Positions 11,356-22,488 are shown, counted from the stretch's first letter. The stretch: DNA of 64,000 bases from Minisyncoccota bacterium (GCA_041651055.1 JBAZJW010000001.1:20737-84736), one strand, 5' to 3'. Numbers and translations: made by a program. The notes: generated by a model from the sequence alone, not told the origin.

Positions 11356-12987
11356 ATGAATCCAAAGGATCAAATCAAAGAAAATCTCTCCATTACGGAC
11401 GTGGTTTCGACATATATTCGTCTTGAAAAGTCGGGTGCACAATTTCGTGCGCGTTGCCCATTCCATAACGAGCGCACGCCGTCGTTTTATGTTTCACCTG
11501 AGAGAAAATCATTTCACTGTTTTGGTTGCCAAACACACGGTGACATTTTTACCTTCGTAGAAAAAATTGAAAACATTCCATTCTTCGAAGCTCTTAAAAT
11601 CTTAGCCGATCGTGCTGGAGTCGAGCTCACGAATTCACAAAAGAATAAAGAAGACACTCGACTCATTTCACTTTTGAAAGATGCCACTGATAACTTCGAA
11701 AAGAACTTGAAACAAAGTCCCGAAGCCATGCATTACCTTATCGATCGTGGTCTCACAGAAGACACCATCAAAACATTTCATATAGGGTATGCTAAGAATG
11801 AATGGCGCGACACATTCATCGCTCTTGTAGCTAAAGGGTATCAACCAGAAGAGATTGAATTATCCGGCCTCGCTATCAAAGCGACAGATGATAATGGTAA
11901 TACGAAGGGTTGGTATGATCGTTTTCGTGGGCGTGTGATGTTTCCTATTCGCAATGTATCCGGTGCCACAGTGGGCTATTCTGGGCGTATTATGCCATCT
12001 CTGGTGGACCCCTCAGTTGCACAAGGTAAGTATGTGAACACTCCCGAGACAGCTCTCTATCATAAGTCCAAAATTTTATTTGGCTATGACACGGCGAAAA
12101 AGAAAATGGCAGAAACAAAATCGGTTGTGGTCGTGGAAGGACAGATGGATTTGTGTATGAGTTATCAGGCAGGAGTGCACAATACTGTCGCAGTATCAGG
12201 GACTGCGTTTACAGATGAACATATTCATATCATTAAACGATTTTGTGATACGGTAATCCTTTCTTTTGATACGGATACAGCAGGGAAGAATGCACTGAAA
12301 AAAACAGCACTCCTTTGCTTGCTCGGTGGACTCGATGTGTATGTTGTCGGAGATATTGGCACGAAGGATCCGGCAGATTTAATTAAAGAGCGTCCCGAAG
12401 CGTGGATACAAGCAGTGGAAAAGAAAAAGCACGTCGTGGAAGTAATGCTCTCTCATATAATGGAAGAAGAAAAAGATGATCGTAAGCAAGGACAGAGAAT
12501 CGTCACAGAAGTGTTGCCATTTTTGCGCGCTATTTTGTCACCGATCGATAGAGCACATTTCATAAAAGTAATTAGTGGTAAATCTCATATCCCAGAGAGT
12601 ACACTCACAGAAGAATTGAATCGTGGTGCGGTAACTATTGTCGAAGAAGCGAAAGAAGTAACAGCATCTCTTCCGAGCAAGGAGCGTCTAACGAGAGAAA
12701 TTATTGCGTACGCGACACTCACAGGGAAAATGGCTGATGAAAAGTTACAAGCACTCGCACTTGATATGAATCAATTTCCAGAAGCTATTTTGCAAGAAGA
12801 GATGTTTAAGTTAGAAGAACGAGTGATTGCAAACAAAGAAGAATACTTCGAGGATCTTATCAAGACATACAAAAAAGTAGAACACAAAGAAAAGTTGACA
12901 TCTCTTCAGAACAAGCTTCGTGAAGAGGGGGCGGATCATGAAGCTGTTTTGAAAGAAATTTACGATCATGCGAAAAAGGCCACTTGA
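11356..12987 (+). CDS. dnaG: DNA primase
   Basis: CPFHNERTPSF Zn finger, DRFRGRVMFPI, TOPRIM VVEGQMD. Confidence 0.98.
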   Translation: MNPKDQIKENLSITDVVSTYIRLEKSGAQFRARCPFHNERTPSFYVSPERKSFHCFGCQTHGDIFTFVEKIENIPFFEALKILADRAGVELTNSQKNKEDTRLISLLKDATDNFEKNLKQSPEAMHYLIDRGLTEDTIKTFHIGYAKNEWRDTFIALVAKGYQPEEIELSGLAIKATDDNGNTKGWYDRFRGRVMFPIRNVSGATVGYSGRIMPSLVDPSVAQGKYVNTPETALYHKSKILFGYDTAKKKMAETKSVVVVEGQMDLCMSYQAGVHNTVAVSGTAFTDEHIHIIKRFCDTVILSFDTDTAGKNALKKTALLCLLGGLDVYVVGDIGTKDPADLIKERPEAWIQAVEKKKHVVEVMLSHIMEEEKDDRKQGQRIVTEVLPFLRAILSPIDRAHFIKVISGKSHIPESTLTEELNRGAVTIVEEAKEVTASLPSKERLTREIIAYATLTGKMADEKLQALALDMNQFPEAILQEEMFKLEERVIANKEEYFEDLIKTYKKVEHKEKLTSLQNKLREEGADHEAVLKEIYDHAKKAT

Positions 12988-13166
12988 TACCTTGAAGCAA
13001 TATTCAATAACATACTATTTAATATTCAAACAATACCAGATTTAGTATTGTGATTTCGTGTTTATGTTGAATATTGATTATTTTTTTTATTAAACATTGA
13101 AACCTAAGCGGTTTCTTGTCCCCTCGACTTTTTTGTATTTCCATAGTATAATCCGCGGTACGTCCT

Positions 13167-14600
13167 ATGGCGAAAAAAGTATCTTCACAAAAAAAGAGTG
13201 TACAGAAAAAAACTACGACCAAAACCGTAGCAAAAAAATCAAATAAAAAAATGGCGGTCAAGAAAGCAAAAGTGACCCCAATCAAAAAGACATCTGTAAA
13301 GACCCCGATTAAGAAGACCGCGAAAAAAGTCATACCTACAAAAAAGGCAAATAATGTACGTCCAAGACGGGCACTTGCTAGTTCAAAAGTAACCAAGGTT
13401 GTGCCAAAGAAGGTTGTTGCAAAGAAAGTTGCAAAATCAACACCAAAAGTTGAGGTTCAAGCAAAGCCAAAGTACAAGCCAAAGGCTTTCACGATTAAAA
13501 CTGGTCCATCAAAACCAAAAATAGAAGTAAAGACCAAAAAAATTCTGACGCGTGATCAGAATGAAGAAGAGTTGCTTGCGAAAGGTAAGGAACGTGGTTT
13601 CATTACGTATGACGAAATCATTCGTTATTTCCCTACGATTGAAACAGACATTTTATATCTCGAAGAATTGTATGAGAAAATGGGGGCTGCAGGTATCGAT
13701 ATTCTTGAAGGTGGAAACCTTCTCGATATGGATGATGACCTCCTCAAAATTGAAGGACGCGATAGTACACACGATAGTATTCAAATGTACTTGCGTGAAA
13801 TCGGCCAGTATCCACTTATTTCAGGAGATAATGAACGTGAACTCGCACAGCGTATTGAAAAAGGGGATATAGAAGCAACAGCGCTCCTTGCAAAAGCGAA
13901 CCTTCGTCTCGTGGTGTCGATTGCCAAGAAGTATGTCGGACGATCATCTGACCTTACGTTGCTTGACCTTATTCAAGAAGGAAATCTCGGCCTTTTCAAA
14001 GCGGTTGAGAAATTCGACTGGAATAAAGGGTACAAGTTTTCAACGTATGCCACATGGTGGATTCGTCAGGCTATTACACGAGCACTCGCGGATCAGTCAC
14101 GTACGATTCGTATTCCTGTACACATGGTAGAAACTATCGCCAAGTACAAGCAAGTGGTACGTCGTCTTTCACAAGACTTGGGACGTGATCCTCTTGCAGA
14201 AGAAATTGCTGTTGAAATGGGTGTGGATGTAGAAAAAATTCACATCATTGAAAATATTAATCAGGATACCGTGTCACTCGAAAAACCGATTGGAGATGAT
14301 GATGACAAGTCTACACTTGGAGAATTTATTGCAGATGATAAGATTCTTTCACCGGATGCTGAAGCTTCACACAGAATTCTCGCAGATCAGATCAATGAAA
14401 TCTTGGACGATCTTTCACCAAAGGAGCGCAAGATCGTAGAAATGCGAAATGGTCTCGGAGAATTCGATGGCGTTATGCATACACTTGAAGAAGTGGGCGC
14501 GGAATTCGGTGTCACACGTGAACGTATTCGTCAGATTGAAGCGAAGGTACACGAGAAGATACGAAGTCATGAGAAGTCGGAACGACTTCGAAACTATTAG
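13167..14600 (+). CDS. rpoD: Primary sigma-70 factor with Lys-rich N-terminal extension
   Basis: [24 protein letters not shown] and [11 protein letters not shown] motifs; downstream of dnaG. Confidence 0.97.
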   Translation: MAKKVSSQKKSVQKKTTTKTVAKKSNKKMAVKKAKVTPIKKTSVKTPIKKTAKKVIPTKKANNVRPRRALASSKVTKVVPKKVVAKKVAKSTPKVEVQAKPKYKPKAFTIKTGPSKPKIEVKTKKILTRDQNEEELLAKGKERGFITYDEIIRYFPTIETDILYLEELYEKMGAAGIDILEGGNLLDMDDDLLKIEGRDSTHDSIQMYLREIGQYPLISGDNERELAQRIEKGDIEATALLAKANLRLVVSIAKKYVGRSSDLTLLDLIQEGNLGLFKAVEKFDWNKGYKFSTYATWWIRQAITRALADQSRTIRIPVHMVETIAKYKQVVRRLSQDLGRDPLAEEIAVEMGVDVEKIHIIENINQDTVSLEKPIGDDDDKSTLGEFIADDKILSPDAEASHRILADQINEILDDLSPKERKIVEMRNGLGEFDGVMHTLEEVGAEFGVTRERIRQIEAKVHEKIRSHEKSERLRNY

Positions 14601-14729
14601 AATAGAATCAATTCTCTAACCCCATCTACTTTGTTACGGAGCCTCTCTCGTTCGTCAACGTACCAGTAAGTACGCCTCCTCTCTCTCTTCTCCGTGCCTC
14701 GTATCTGGGGTCATATAATTGATTATTCT
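14599..14729. repeat. Long imperfect palindromic element, copy 2
   Basis: Same core as 10407-10431; AATCAATT...AATTGATT arms. Confidence 0.7.
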
Positions 14730-14761
14730 GTGTTTGAGTTTTTCTTTTCATGAAAAAGGGA

Positions 14762-14797
14762 ACAAAGAGCGATCACTTCGTGGTCGCTCTTTGTATT
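14762..14797. terminator. Intrinsic terminator after rpoD
   Basis: ACAAAGAGCGATCAC-TTC-GTGGTCGCTCTTTGT hairpin. Confidence 0.7.
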
Positions 14798-14880
14798 TGG
14801 TCACATATTTGCCAGAAGATACCTGTAAATGATACTATCAGTACTCAAAGTGTTTTTTGTTCTTTTTTTTGGGGGATGAA

Positions 14881-15345
14881 ATGAGTGACTTGGTAAGTAA
14901 TGTGGATTCTGTGGAAATTTGTCCGCATCAAGTGTGGCGTCGTCGAATTCAACGGGAAAGTCTGCCGGGTATTCTTATCCTTGAAAAAGGGGACCCTTTG
15001 CGCCTCCCAGCGTTTATAGTGATGGCTTTCCACATTGAAAACAATGTCCCTATTAAGAAAAAAGTTTTTCCACTTAGCGTCGATGAACTTCTTCGACTTT
15101 ATCAATATGTTGGCTTTCGTAAGCCTCTTCTTATTGGACAGAAAAGTGTTCTTATGTACAAAAGCGGTCCTAATAAAGGATGTCTTGTGAAGGTTGTAAG
15201 AGTGGAAGAAATTTACTGTGTGGTGCATCCATTGGGTCTAGACAAGAAGATTCATCCTGAGGGAATACGCCATAACCGCGTCCTGTTTGACTCTGATTTT
15301 TGGGAAACATTCGAAATTGTTCCCGAAATTGTTCCGAGGAAATGA
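14881..15345 (+). CDS. Hypothetical protein
   Basis: ORF with GGGGA RBS and downstream hairpin. Confidence 0.5.
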   Translation: MSDLVSNVDSVEICPHQVWRRRIQRESLPGILILEKGDPLRLPAFIVMAFHIENNVPIKKKVFPLSVDELLRLYQYVGFRKPLLIGQKSVLMYKSGPNKGCLVKVVRVEEIYCVVHPLGLDKKIHPEGIRHNRVLFDSDFWETFEIVPEIVPRK

Positions 15346-15498
15346 TTTCCTGTCATCCTGTTTGTAACTTCGTCCTGCGTTTTTTACGCAGGGCTTTTTT
15401 TATTGTCTCGCCCTCAATACAAAGAGCGGTGCCGTAGGCACCGCTCTTTTGCATTTCCGTATTTCTCTTAACTGTCGACTATTGACTCTCAACTATCT

Positions 15499-16074
15499 TT
15501 AGTAGCATGCCTGATACCCTCCCGACCAGTAGCAACCATTGTTTGAGTTGTTGGAATATGAATTGTTGTAATTGTAGTTATCGTAGGTGTTGCTCGAAGC
15601 GTTGTTGTTGAAGATGTAGGTGCCGAGGGCATTTGGATTTGAATATCCTGCATACCAGCTTCCATTCGCATAGCCGTATGTCGTATATGCCGAAGGACTT
15701 GTATACGATGTCTGTACAGGGTAACTATAATTCTGGGGTGTGTATGAATTATACGATGGATAGTATGTCTGTGCTGTGTATGAATTCTGATAATTGTATC
15801 CAGTGTTCACTGGATAGCTGTAATTATTTGAATAACTGTTCGAATAATTATTTTGATATCCCGTCTGTGTTTGACACGTTGATCCGATGAGTGATGTCAT
15901 TTGTGTGTATCTATCATATTGATACGAGTAACATCCTTGATTGTAAACATAGGAATTCGATGTCGGCGCGTTTTGATACGTGTTGTAGTAAGGTGTGTAA
16001 TATGCAGAAGCAAACAAAGTACCGCTTATGAATAATGTGGCTACGATCGTTGTTGTTTGTAATATCTTTTTCAT
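15499..16074 (-). CDS. Secreted Tyr/Asn/Ser-rich low-complexity protein
   Basis: MKKIL...LFASA signal peptide followed by a Y/N/S/Q-rich body. Confidence 0.7.
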   Translation of the reverse strand: MKKILQTTTIVATLFISGTLFASAYYTPYYNTYQNAPTSNSYVYNQGCYSYQYDRYTQMTSLIGSTCQTQTGYQNNYSNSYSNNYSYPVNTGYNYQNSYTAQTYYPSYNSYTPQNYSYPVQTSYTSPSAYTTYGYANGSWYAGYSNPNALGTYIFNNNASSNTYDNYNYNNSYSNNSNNGCYWSGGYQACY

Positions 16075-16203
16075 ATACCCAGTATAGTCTTCGTACAAAT
16101 GTGCGCAAATAGACAAAACTTGTATTCTGTTTCGTAATATATAATAAAAAAACCGCTTCGAACATTGAAGTCCGAAGCGGGTAGTCTTGCGCCCGTTTTG
16201 CCT

Positions 16204-16608
16204 TTAAACGGAGGAAGACAGTAGTAAGGTTTGTCCCACCTTCCCAAAGGTCTCCGCCGCCGTGTGGCCGATCTCAAAAAAGACCCGAGCTTGTCCACCA
16301 GTTTCCATTTTCATGGTGATGGACAGGATTGTGCCGGCCGGGATCTTGAGGGTGATGCCCTCAATCAAGCTGCCTGCAGCCCCGGAAAAAACAAGGCGGA
16401 GGAGCTCGGTCTCTTTTTCACCAGAGATTTCGTCTGCATTGGCTGCAGAAGAGAACTTCAACGGAAAGTCCGAGACTGGACATCCGTTCACGGTGATGTT
16501 CCACCAGGGGAACTGTGAAAGGAATCCTTGGATCTTCCGACGGACCCCTCTTGTGTTGTTGAGGCTCTCCCCTGTGATTTCCATGGGGTATTCGGGTAAC
16601 TTTGCCAT
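16204..16608 (-). CDS. Hypothetical protein
   Basis: AGGAG RBS; TTGAC/TATAAT promoter upstream. Confidence 0.6.
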   Translation of the reverse strand: MAKLPEYPMEITGESLNNTRGVRRKIQGFLSQFPWWNITVNGCPVSDFPLKFSSAANADEISGEKETELLRLVFSGAAGSLIEGITLKIPAGTILSITMKMETGGQARVFFEIGHTAAETFGKVGQTLLLSSSV

Positions 16609-16808
16609 GGGTGTACTCCTTTTTGGCGGTGAATGAACAGTCTTTTATTATATAACTTATTAACTACTATGTCAATAGTTCCTTGCAAAAGCCCTTTAAA
16701 TATGGTATTATCTAAGTCTATAAAGTTGAAAGTTCATAAAGTTTAGAAAGCAGAATTCTTGGGTTCACTTTTGACTTTAAGGACTTTACAAACTTTCAAC
16801 TAATACCT

Positions 16809-17786
16809 ATGTTAATCGATCACGTATCATTACAAGTAAAAGCTGGCAAGGGCGGTGACGGTGTAGTCCGTTGGCGTCGTGAAAAAGGAATACCATTCGG
16901 TGGACCTGCTGGCGGAGACGGAGGAAAAGGCGGAGACGTCTACTTTCGAGTTGTTCGTGATATCCAAGCGCTCTCGGTGTATAAGCACAAAAAAGAATGG
17001 GATGCCCCAGAAGGTGAAGCTGGTCAAAAGAGAAGTATGCATGGAAGTGGTGCTGAAGATATGTACTTACAGGTTCCTCTAGGATCTGTTGTTTACAATC
17101 GTGAATATGATAAGAAGTATGAATTCATGGAAGAGGGAGACTTCTTGGTGCTTCGTGGTGGTAAAGGTGGACTGGGAAATGAAAATTTCAAATCATCAAC
17201 GAACCGTGCACCAGAAGAATTTACAAAAGGAGAGCTTGGCGAATTCGGAACCTTTGATGTTGAATTGAAATTGATCGCAGATGTCGGACTCATTGGACTT
17301 CCTAATGCTGGCAAGTCATCACTTTTAAATGCACTCACTCGCGCTGGTGCGAAGATCGGAGACTATCCATTCACCACGCTTGAACCAAACCTCGGTGTGT
17401 ATTTCGGCTACGTACTCGCAGATATTCCAGGACTTATCGAAGGTGCGAGTGATGGAAAAGGACTCGGTCACAAATTCCTTCGTCACATTACACGTACACG
17501 TATTCTCGTACACCTCGTATCATGTGAAAATGAAGATGTCGCGAAGACATACACAACCATTCGTGAAGAGTTGGGTAAATATGATCCAGAACTTTTGAAA
17601 CGTGAGGAAGTTGTTGTACTTTCAAAGACAGATACTGTGGATGCCGACACTGTGAAGACAAAATTGAAAGCTCTAGAAAAAGCTTCAAAAAATAAAAATG
17701 TTATTACACTTTCCCTCTACGAAGACACTACGATTAAAGCATTCGGAGATTCGTTGATGAAAATATTGGAAACGCCTAATAGTTAG
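16809..17786 (+). CDS. obgE: GTPase ObgE
   Basis: Gly-rich Obg domain, GLPNAGKS, YPFTTL, DIPGLIEGA. Confidence 0.98.
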   Translation: MLIDHVSLQVKAGKGGDGVVRWRREKGIPFGGPAGGDGGKGGDVYFRVVRDIQALSVYKHKKEWDAPEGEAGQKRSMHGSGAEDMYLQVPLGSVVYNREYDKKYEFMEEGDFLVLRGGKGGLGNENFKSSTNRAPEEFTKGELGEFGTFDVELKLIADVGLIGLPNAGKSSLLNALTRAGAKIGDYPFTTLEPNLGVYFGYVLADIPGLIEGASDGKGLGHKFLRHITRTRILVHLVSCENEDVAKTYTTIREELGKYDPELLKREEVVVLSKTDTVDADTVKTKLKALEKASKNKNVITLSLYEDTTIKAFGDSLMKILETPNS

Positions 17787-17891
17787 GGTGTTATTCGTTA
17801 GGACGTTAGGGGTTGAATACAAGAAACAAGAAGCGCGCCGTAGGCACGCTTCTTGTTTTTCGTCCTAACGAATAACGTCTAACGGGGTGCC

Positions 17892-18485
17892 TTATTTTTT
17901 CAAAAGATTCACCGTTTCTCCCGGAGTGAGTAGTCCTACATGTCTAGCGTCTAATCCCATACAGAGCGTGAGTGTGTAGGCTACAGAATTTGAGTTTTCG
18001 GTATCACCGTTCATGTTCACACCAAACGGTGGATAGGGAATTTTCTTTTCGTTCAATGGGTCTTTACATGCGAGAGCATTTGTCCAATGATTTTTCATGT
18101 CAGCATCTTTTCCTTCTGTAAGAATGATTCCTGGAAATGTTTTTTCGGCGAGATAGTAACGTGGACTATCGAATTCCCACACTTGAAGTGTGTCTGTTGC
18201 ACGTGTTCCAACGTATTTCCATTGTCCTGTTGTTGTGTTTGTTGCTAGACCGTGTAACTCCTTAACGATATCTCCATTTTGATCTTTGAGGGCCAAATAA
18301 TTATGTCCTGCAAATCCAAAAAAGAGCGGATGTTGCATGAGCTGTATGCTCCAGTCACCCGGAACTGGTTGTGGTATAGGTCGCACAATGGGGTTGTGAG
18401 TAATCGCATATGCGCATAACAAAAAAACAACACTCCATCCGAGATCTTTAATGAATTGATTAGTGAACAATCTTTTCCAGAACAT
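17892..18485 (-). CDS. Hypothetical membrane-anchored protein
   Basis: N-terminal TM; GHNY and NSNS motifs reminiscent of permuted papain-like proteins (weak). Confidence 0.6.
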   Translation of the reverse strand: MFWKRLFTNQFIKDLGWSVVFLLCAYAITHNPIVRPIPQPVPGDWSIQLMQHPLFFGFAGHNYLALKDQNGDIVKELHGLATNTTTGQWKYVGTRATDTLQVWEFDSPRYYLAEKTFPGIILTEGKDADMKNHWTNALACKDPLNEKKIPYPPFGVNMNGDTENSNSVAYTLTLCMGLDARHVGLLTPGETVNLLKK

Positions 18486-18638
18486 GAGGTGTAGTATACA
18501 ATAATTCGTCAGTTAGGAGTTAGTCGTTAGGACGTTAGGAAATACAAAGAGCGGCCACGATTTATCCTGAGCTTGTCGAAGGAAGTGGCCGCTCTTTGTA
18601 TTTTGTATTCAGTCCCTAACGTCCTAACGAATAACGCC

Positions 18639-20069
18639 CTAACTATTAAGTGCTCCTAACTGGGTCTTTAATATCTCCTGAAATATCGCTGGATTCCCTG
18701 ACCCTTTTGATTTCTTCATACACTGTCCGACGAAGAACATAAACATGCTTTCTTTTCCGGATTTGTAATCTGCTACCTGTGTAGGATTTTCTTCGATAAC
18801 TTCCGCGACAATTATTTTTAATGCTTCAGGATCATTCTTTTGTATGAGACCGAGCGTGTCTGCTACATCACGAGGTGAAGCAGTCCTGTCTTCAAGTAAT
18901 TTCGGAAGAATGTCTTTTGCTCCACGTGATGAAAGTTCTCCTGCCTGTACCATTTCGATGAGGGTGCGAAAAGTTGAAGCTGTAGGCAGGTTTTCTACTG
19001 CAATCTCTTTGCCTTCTTTTTTGAGAAGTCCAAGGACATCAGAGATGAGATAGTTCGAAGTAAGCTGTGCGTAGGCATTGTCTTTGCCTTCTACAACACT
19101 GTCGAAAAAGTGCGCGAGGAGTGGTGAGTCCACGATGATTTCAATCGTGTCGTCTTTGATACCGAAGTCACTTGCATATCGTGCACGTTTTACCTTTGGC
19201 ATTTCTGGCAGTGATGCTTTTATTTCGTCAGTATTAAATAATTTACTCAAATATAATTTTGGTAAATCTGGATCAGGGAAGTATCGGTAGTCATGAGCAT
19301 TTTCTTTCTTTCGCTGTGAGAAGGTTTCTAATTTTCCTTCATCCCATCCGCGAGTTTCTTGGACAATAGAGCCACCTTCTTCGATGAGGGCAATGTGACG
19401 AGCTACTTCGTAATTGATAGCACCGAATACAGAGGCGAATGAGTTGATATTCTTCACTTCTACTTTTGTGCCGAACTTATTCGGATCACGCGATACAGAA
19501 ATATTCGCTTCGATACGCATTTGACCCATTTCCATATTTGCTTCTGATGCGCCGACGTAGCGAAGTATGCGCTGGAGCTCACGTGCGAAAGCCACCGCTT
19601 GTTCTGCAGAATGAATCACTGGTTCGGTCACGAGTTCCATCAAAGGGACACCAGCGCGATTGTAGTCCACGAGTGTCATGCTATTTTCATGGGACGATTT
19701 CGCAGTATCTTCTTCAAGGTGAATGCGAGTGAGTTCTACGTCGTTAATAACACCACCTGAGACGATAGGGAGGAGGTATTGGGAGAGTTGATATCCTTTT
19801 GGAATGTCTGGATAGAAATAATTCTTTCGATCGAATTCTGTGAAGTCTGCAATGGTGGCACCGATAGCGCAACCGACGGTCACTACTTTTTTGATGGCTT
19901 CTTTGTTCGGAACAGGGAGTGTGCCAGGGTGCGCCATACACACTTCGCAGATGTTTTGATTTGGCCGCTTTTCTGTTGGGTCGTTTTTACAACCACACCA
20001 CATTTTGGAATTGGTGTGTAATTCGGCGTGAATTTCGAGGCCTATAGTTGTGATATATGGGTCAGACAT
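18639..20069 (-). CDS. gatB: Asp/Glu-tRNA amidotransferase subunit B
   Basis: IGLEIH, FDRKNYFYPD, DYNRAGVPLMELVTEP and DYRYFPDPDLP motifs. Confidence 0.98.
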   Translation of the reverse strand: MSDPYITTIGLEIHAELHTNSKMWCGCKNDPTEKRPNQNICEVCMAHPGTLPVPNKEAIKKVVTVGCAIGATIADFTEFDRKNYFYPDIPKGYQLSQYLLPIVSGGVINDVELTRIHLEEDTAKSSHENSMTLVDYNRAGVPLMELVTEPVIHSAEQAVAFARELQRILRYVGASEANMEMGQMRIEANISVSRDPNKFGTKVEVKNINSFASVFGAINYEVARHIALIEEGGSIVQETRGWDEGKLETFSQRKKENAHDYRYFPDPDLPKLYLSKLFNTDEIKASLPEMPKVKRARYASDFGIKDDTIEIIVDSPLLAHFFDSVVEGKDNAYAQLTSNYLISDVLGLLKKEGKEIAVENLPTASTFRTLIEMVQAGELSSRGAKDILPKLLEDRTASPRDVADTLGLIQKNDPEALKIIVAEVIEENPTQVADYKSGKESMFMFFVGQCMKKSKGSGNPAIFQEILKTQLGALNS

Positions 20070-20188
20070 GGTATGGAGTATAGCATCTAAAAGCCTTATG
20101 TTGAAGGCTTGTTTGGGTGCTTGTGTGAATTGACTGAGCGATGTTTTTATGGTATAATACGGTTCGTTTTAACCACTGGAGGAATCCA

Positions 20189-21055
20189 ATGCGCTCTTTG
20201 AGTTTAGGGTTTTTGAAGTCCACCCTAAAGGACTTCGCCATGAATCGGCTCCTGCCGATTCTGCCAGTATGGGCACTGTGCTGGATCTTCGACAACATCA
20301 TGCTTCCGAAGGCAGAAGCTGACAGGAAGCTCGTAGACAAAGCATTCGCAACTCTTGTCGCGAATGAAGTCATACTTCAAGTGCCGGCCTTTTCAAGAAG
20401 AACGACGGGCCCGCTTGTTGTTGCCATGGTTGGCCTTCCTCAATCTGGAAAGACGACGGCCGCGAGGATTCTCGCAAGGCGCGCGGAGCTCTCACACATC
20501 AACAGTAACGATGTGCGTGGCTGGCTTATTGATGCGGGTAGCAATTATGCCAACATCAATGCGCTGGTGCTTTACTTCATGGTGTGCCGACTGGAATCCG
20601 GACTGAACGTGGTCATGGACAGTGATCACATGTTGCCCGGCAAGCGCGCCTTCGTGGAAGCGCTTGCAAAACGAGCGGGTGCACAGGTTGAATTCGTTTC
20701 CATCGAAGTAGAGAAGACTCTTCTTTTGCAGCGAATGTACTCCTTGGAAAACTTCCATCGCCTGTACCACGATGGATTTCGTCGTCACGATCCATCGTTT
20801 CAGGACAAGACAGTGTCGATTCCCATTCATACCATTCGAACGTGTGTCTGTGGTGAAATCGCAAGGCAGGCGCCGGGGCATGTGAAATACGGCGCAGGTT
20901 TGAAGTCTTTTGCTTCGCTGTCCAACAACGACACAAAGGAAATTTTGATCCTGGAAGCCGAGCACGTCGCCCGCAGATTGCTGATGACCTATGGCAACCA
21001 ATGTACCAAGGAGTCTGTTCGTCAAGATGTCATTGGCGAAATGAAGGCATGGTGA
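20189..21055 (+). CDS. P-loop kinase-like ATPase (AAA_33-like)
   Basis: GLPQSGKT Walker A, VVMD; GGAGG RBS. Confidence 0.7.
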   Translation: MRSLSLGFLKSTLKDFAMNRLLPILPVWALCWIFDNIMLPKAEADRKLVDKAFATLVANEVILQVPAFSRRTTGPLVVAMVGLPQSGKTTAARILARRAELSHINSNDVRGWLIDAGSNYANINALVLYFMVCRLESGLNVVMDSDHMLPGKRAFVEALAKRAGAQVEFVSIEVEKTLLLQRMYSLENFHRLYHDGFRRHDPSFQDKTVSIPIHTIRTCVCGEIARQAPGHVKYGAGLKSFASLSNNDTKEILILEAEHVARRLLMTYGNQCTKESVRQDVIGEMKAW

Positions 21056-21145
21056 GTTGTCCGCGATTTTTAGCTTCGGCTGAACTTCGCGGATTTTTTA
21101 TTGTAAATATAGCAATGCTAGCACAGATCTATAGTCCTTCATATT

Positions 21146-21208
21146 TGTCACCCCAATGAAAATTGGGGTCCAGTGTCCACTGGATTCCAAATTAAATTTG
21201 GAATGACA
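21146..21208. repeat. REP-like double palindrome (TGTCA...TGACA)
   Basis: Nested hairpins CCCCAAT/ATTGGGG, TCCAGTG/CACTGGA and TTCCAAATT/AATTTGGAA. Confidence 0.6.
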
Positions 21209-21236
21209 TATACTTTCGTATCTGTATTTTCTGAGC

Positions 21237-22139
21237 TTACTTCACTTCAATGATATGCGCTAAGGGTGCATACTTTTTATTCCATGTCTGTTGGCGTTTT
21301 GCGTATTGCATTGATTTTGTAACGAGCTCCTCTTTCATTTCTTCGGGCGACAGTGCTCCTTCAAGATATTTTCCGATAGTTACATATTCAAGGCCAAATT
21401 TTTTCATATCGTTACTCGTATATCCTTTGCTCATAACATCTCGCACTTCTTCGATCATACCTATGGCGAGACGGCTTTCGAGACGCTTTGTGATACGTTC
21501 GCGTAAGAGTTCACGTGTAGGATTCATGAGATAGATTTCTGTATCATAGAGAAGCGTAGGTGTAGTCTGCGCCGGAACAGTACCGAGGGCGTCGACTATT
21601 TCAAGCGCACGAATGAGACGCACACGATTGTGCGGGTCGATGTTTCCGCTACGTATGGGGTCGCGTGTCGTAAGACGCGCGACGAGCTCTTCGCTTGAAA
21701 GCATTTCAAGTTCTTCGCGGAGTTTTTGGTTCGGAGGAACCGGTGGAGTCGTTGTATCAAAAATAAGTGCGTCGATATATTGTCCTGTGCCACCGCAAAT
21801 GATAGGTGTTTTACCACGAGAGAGAATATCTGCAAGGATAGGGGTAGTGTCGCGCGCGTAGCGCGCGACACTTACCTCATCATGCAGTTCATACACCGAA
21901 AGCATGTGATGCACGACACCTTTCATTTCTTCTTCAGTGATTTTACCTGTGCCGATATCTAAACCTTTGTATACCTGACGAGAATCGGCAGAAATAATCT
22001 CATATTGTATAGGGATGGTGTTTCCTACTTCATCCCTCGAGTTTACTCGGGATAAATTTATGGCTAAATTTACAGCAAAATCACTTTTTCCACTGGCGGT
22101 AGGACCGACCACCACTAGTACTTTAGGGTTTGTTTCCAT
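21237..22139 (-). CDS. miaA: tRNA dimethylallyltransferase
   Basis: GPTASGKS, SADSRQVY, GGTG and YAKRQ.TW motifs. Confidence 0.97.
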   Translation of the reverse strand: METNPKVLVVVGPTASGKSDFAVNLAINLSRVNSRDEVGNTIPIQYEIISADSRQVYKGLDIGTGKITEEEMKGVVHHMLSVYELHDEVSVARYARDTTPILADILSRGKTPIICGGTGQYIDALIFDTTTPPVPPNQKLREELEMLSSEELVARLTTRDPIRSGNIDPHNRVRLIRALEIVDALGTVPAQTTPTLLYDTEIYLMNPTRELLRERITKRLESRLAIGMIEEVRDVMSKGYTSNDMKKFGLEYVTIGKYLEGALSPEEMKEELVTKSMQYAKRQQTWNKKYAPLAHIIEVK

Positions 22140-22257
22140 GTTTGATATACTACATGGTAATTAATCATTAGTCGACACTAGTCATTCGTTGTTCGTTAGG
22201 GCGTTAGTCGTTAGGTAATAACGAATAACGAATAACGAAGAACGCCCTAACGAATTT

Positions 22258-22488
22258 ATGCTTATTTTATATACCAAAGACAACTGCACCTATTGCGACA
22301 AAGTAAAAAAAGTTTTTGCTGAACGCTCTATTGCTTACGAAGAAAGAAATATTAAGAATCCAGAATTTTTGAAAGAAGTGCAAGCGCATCATGCACGAAC
22401 TATGCCGTTTTTGGTCGATACTTTTGCGAATGTAGCGATGGGGGAATCAGATGAAATCATTGATTACGCAAGTGAGTATAGTTTTTAA
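22258..22488 (+). CDS. Glutaredoxin
   Basis: CTYC active site, TMP and GES motifs. Confidence 0.85.
   Translation: MLILYTKDNCTYCDKVKKVFAERSIAYEERNIKNPEFLKEVQAHHARTMPFLVDTFANVAMGESDEIIDYASEYSF

Noticed and set aside
12988-13105. CRISPR array or replication origin in the AT-rich dnaG-rpoD spacer
   Set aside because: No regularly spaced repeats or DnaA-box cluster; only an imperfect hairpin. No cas genes in the window.
13167-13550. Lys-rich RpoD N-terminus as a novelty
   Set aside because: Low-complexity basic extensions are known in primary sigma factors.
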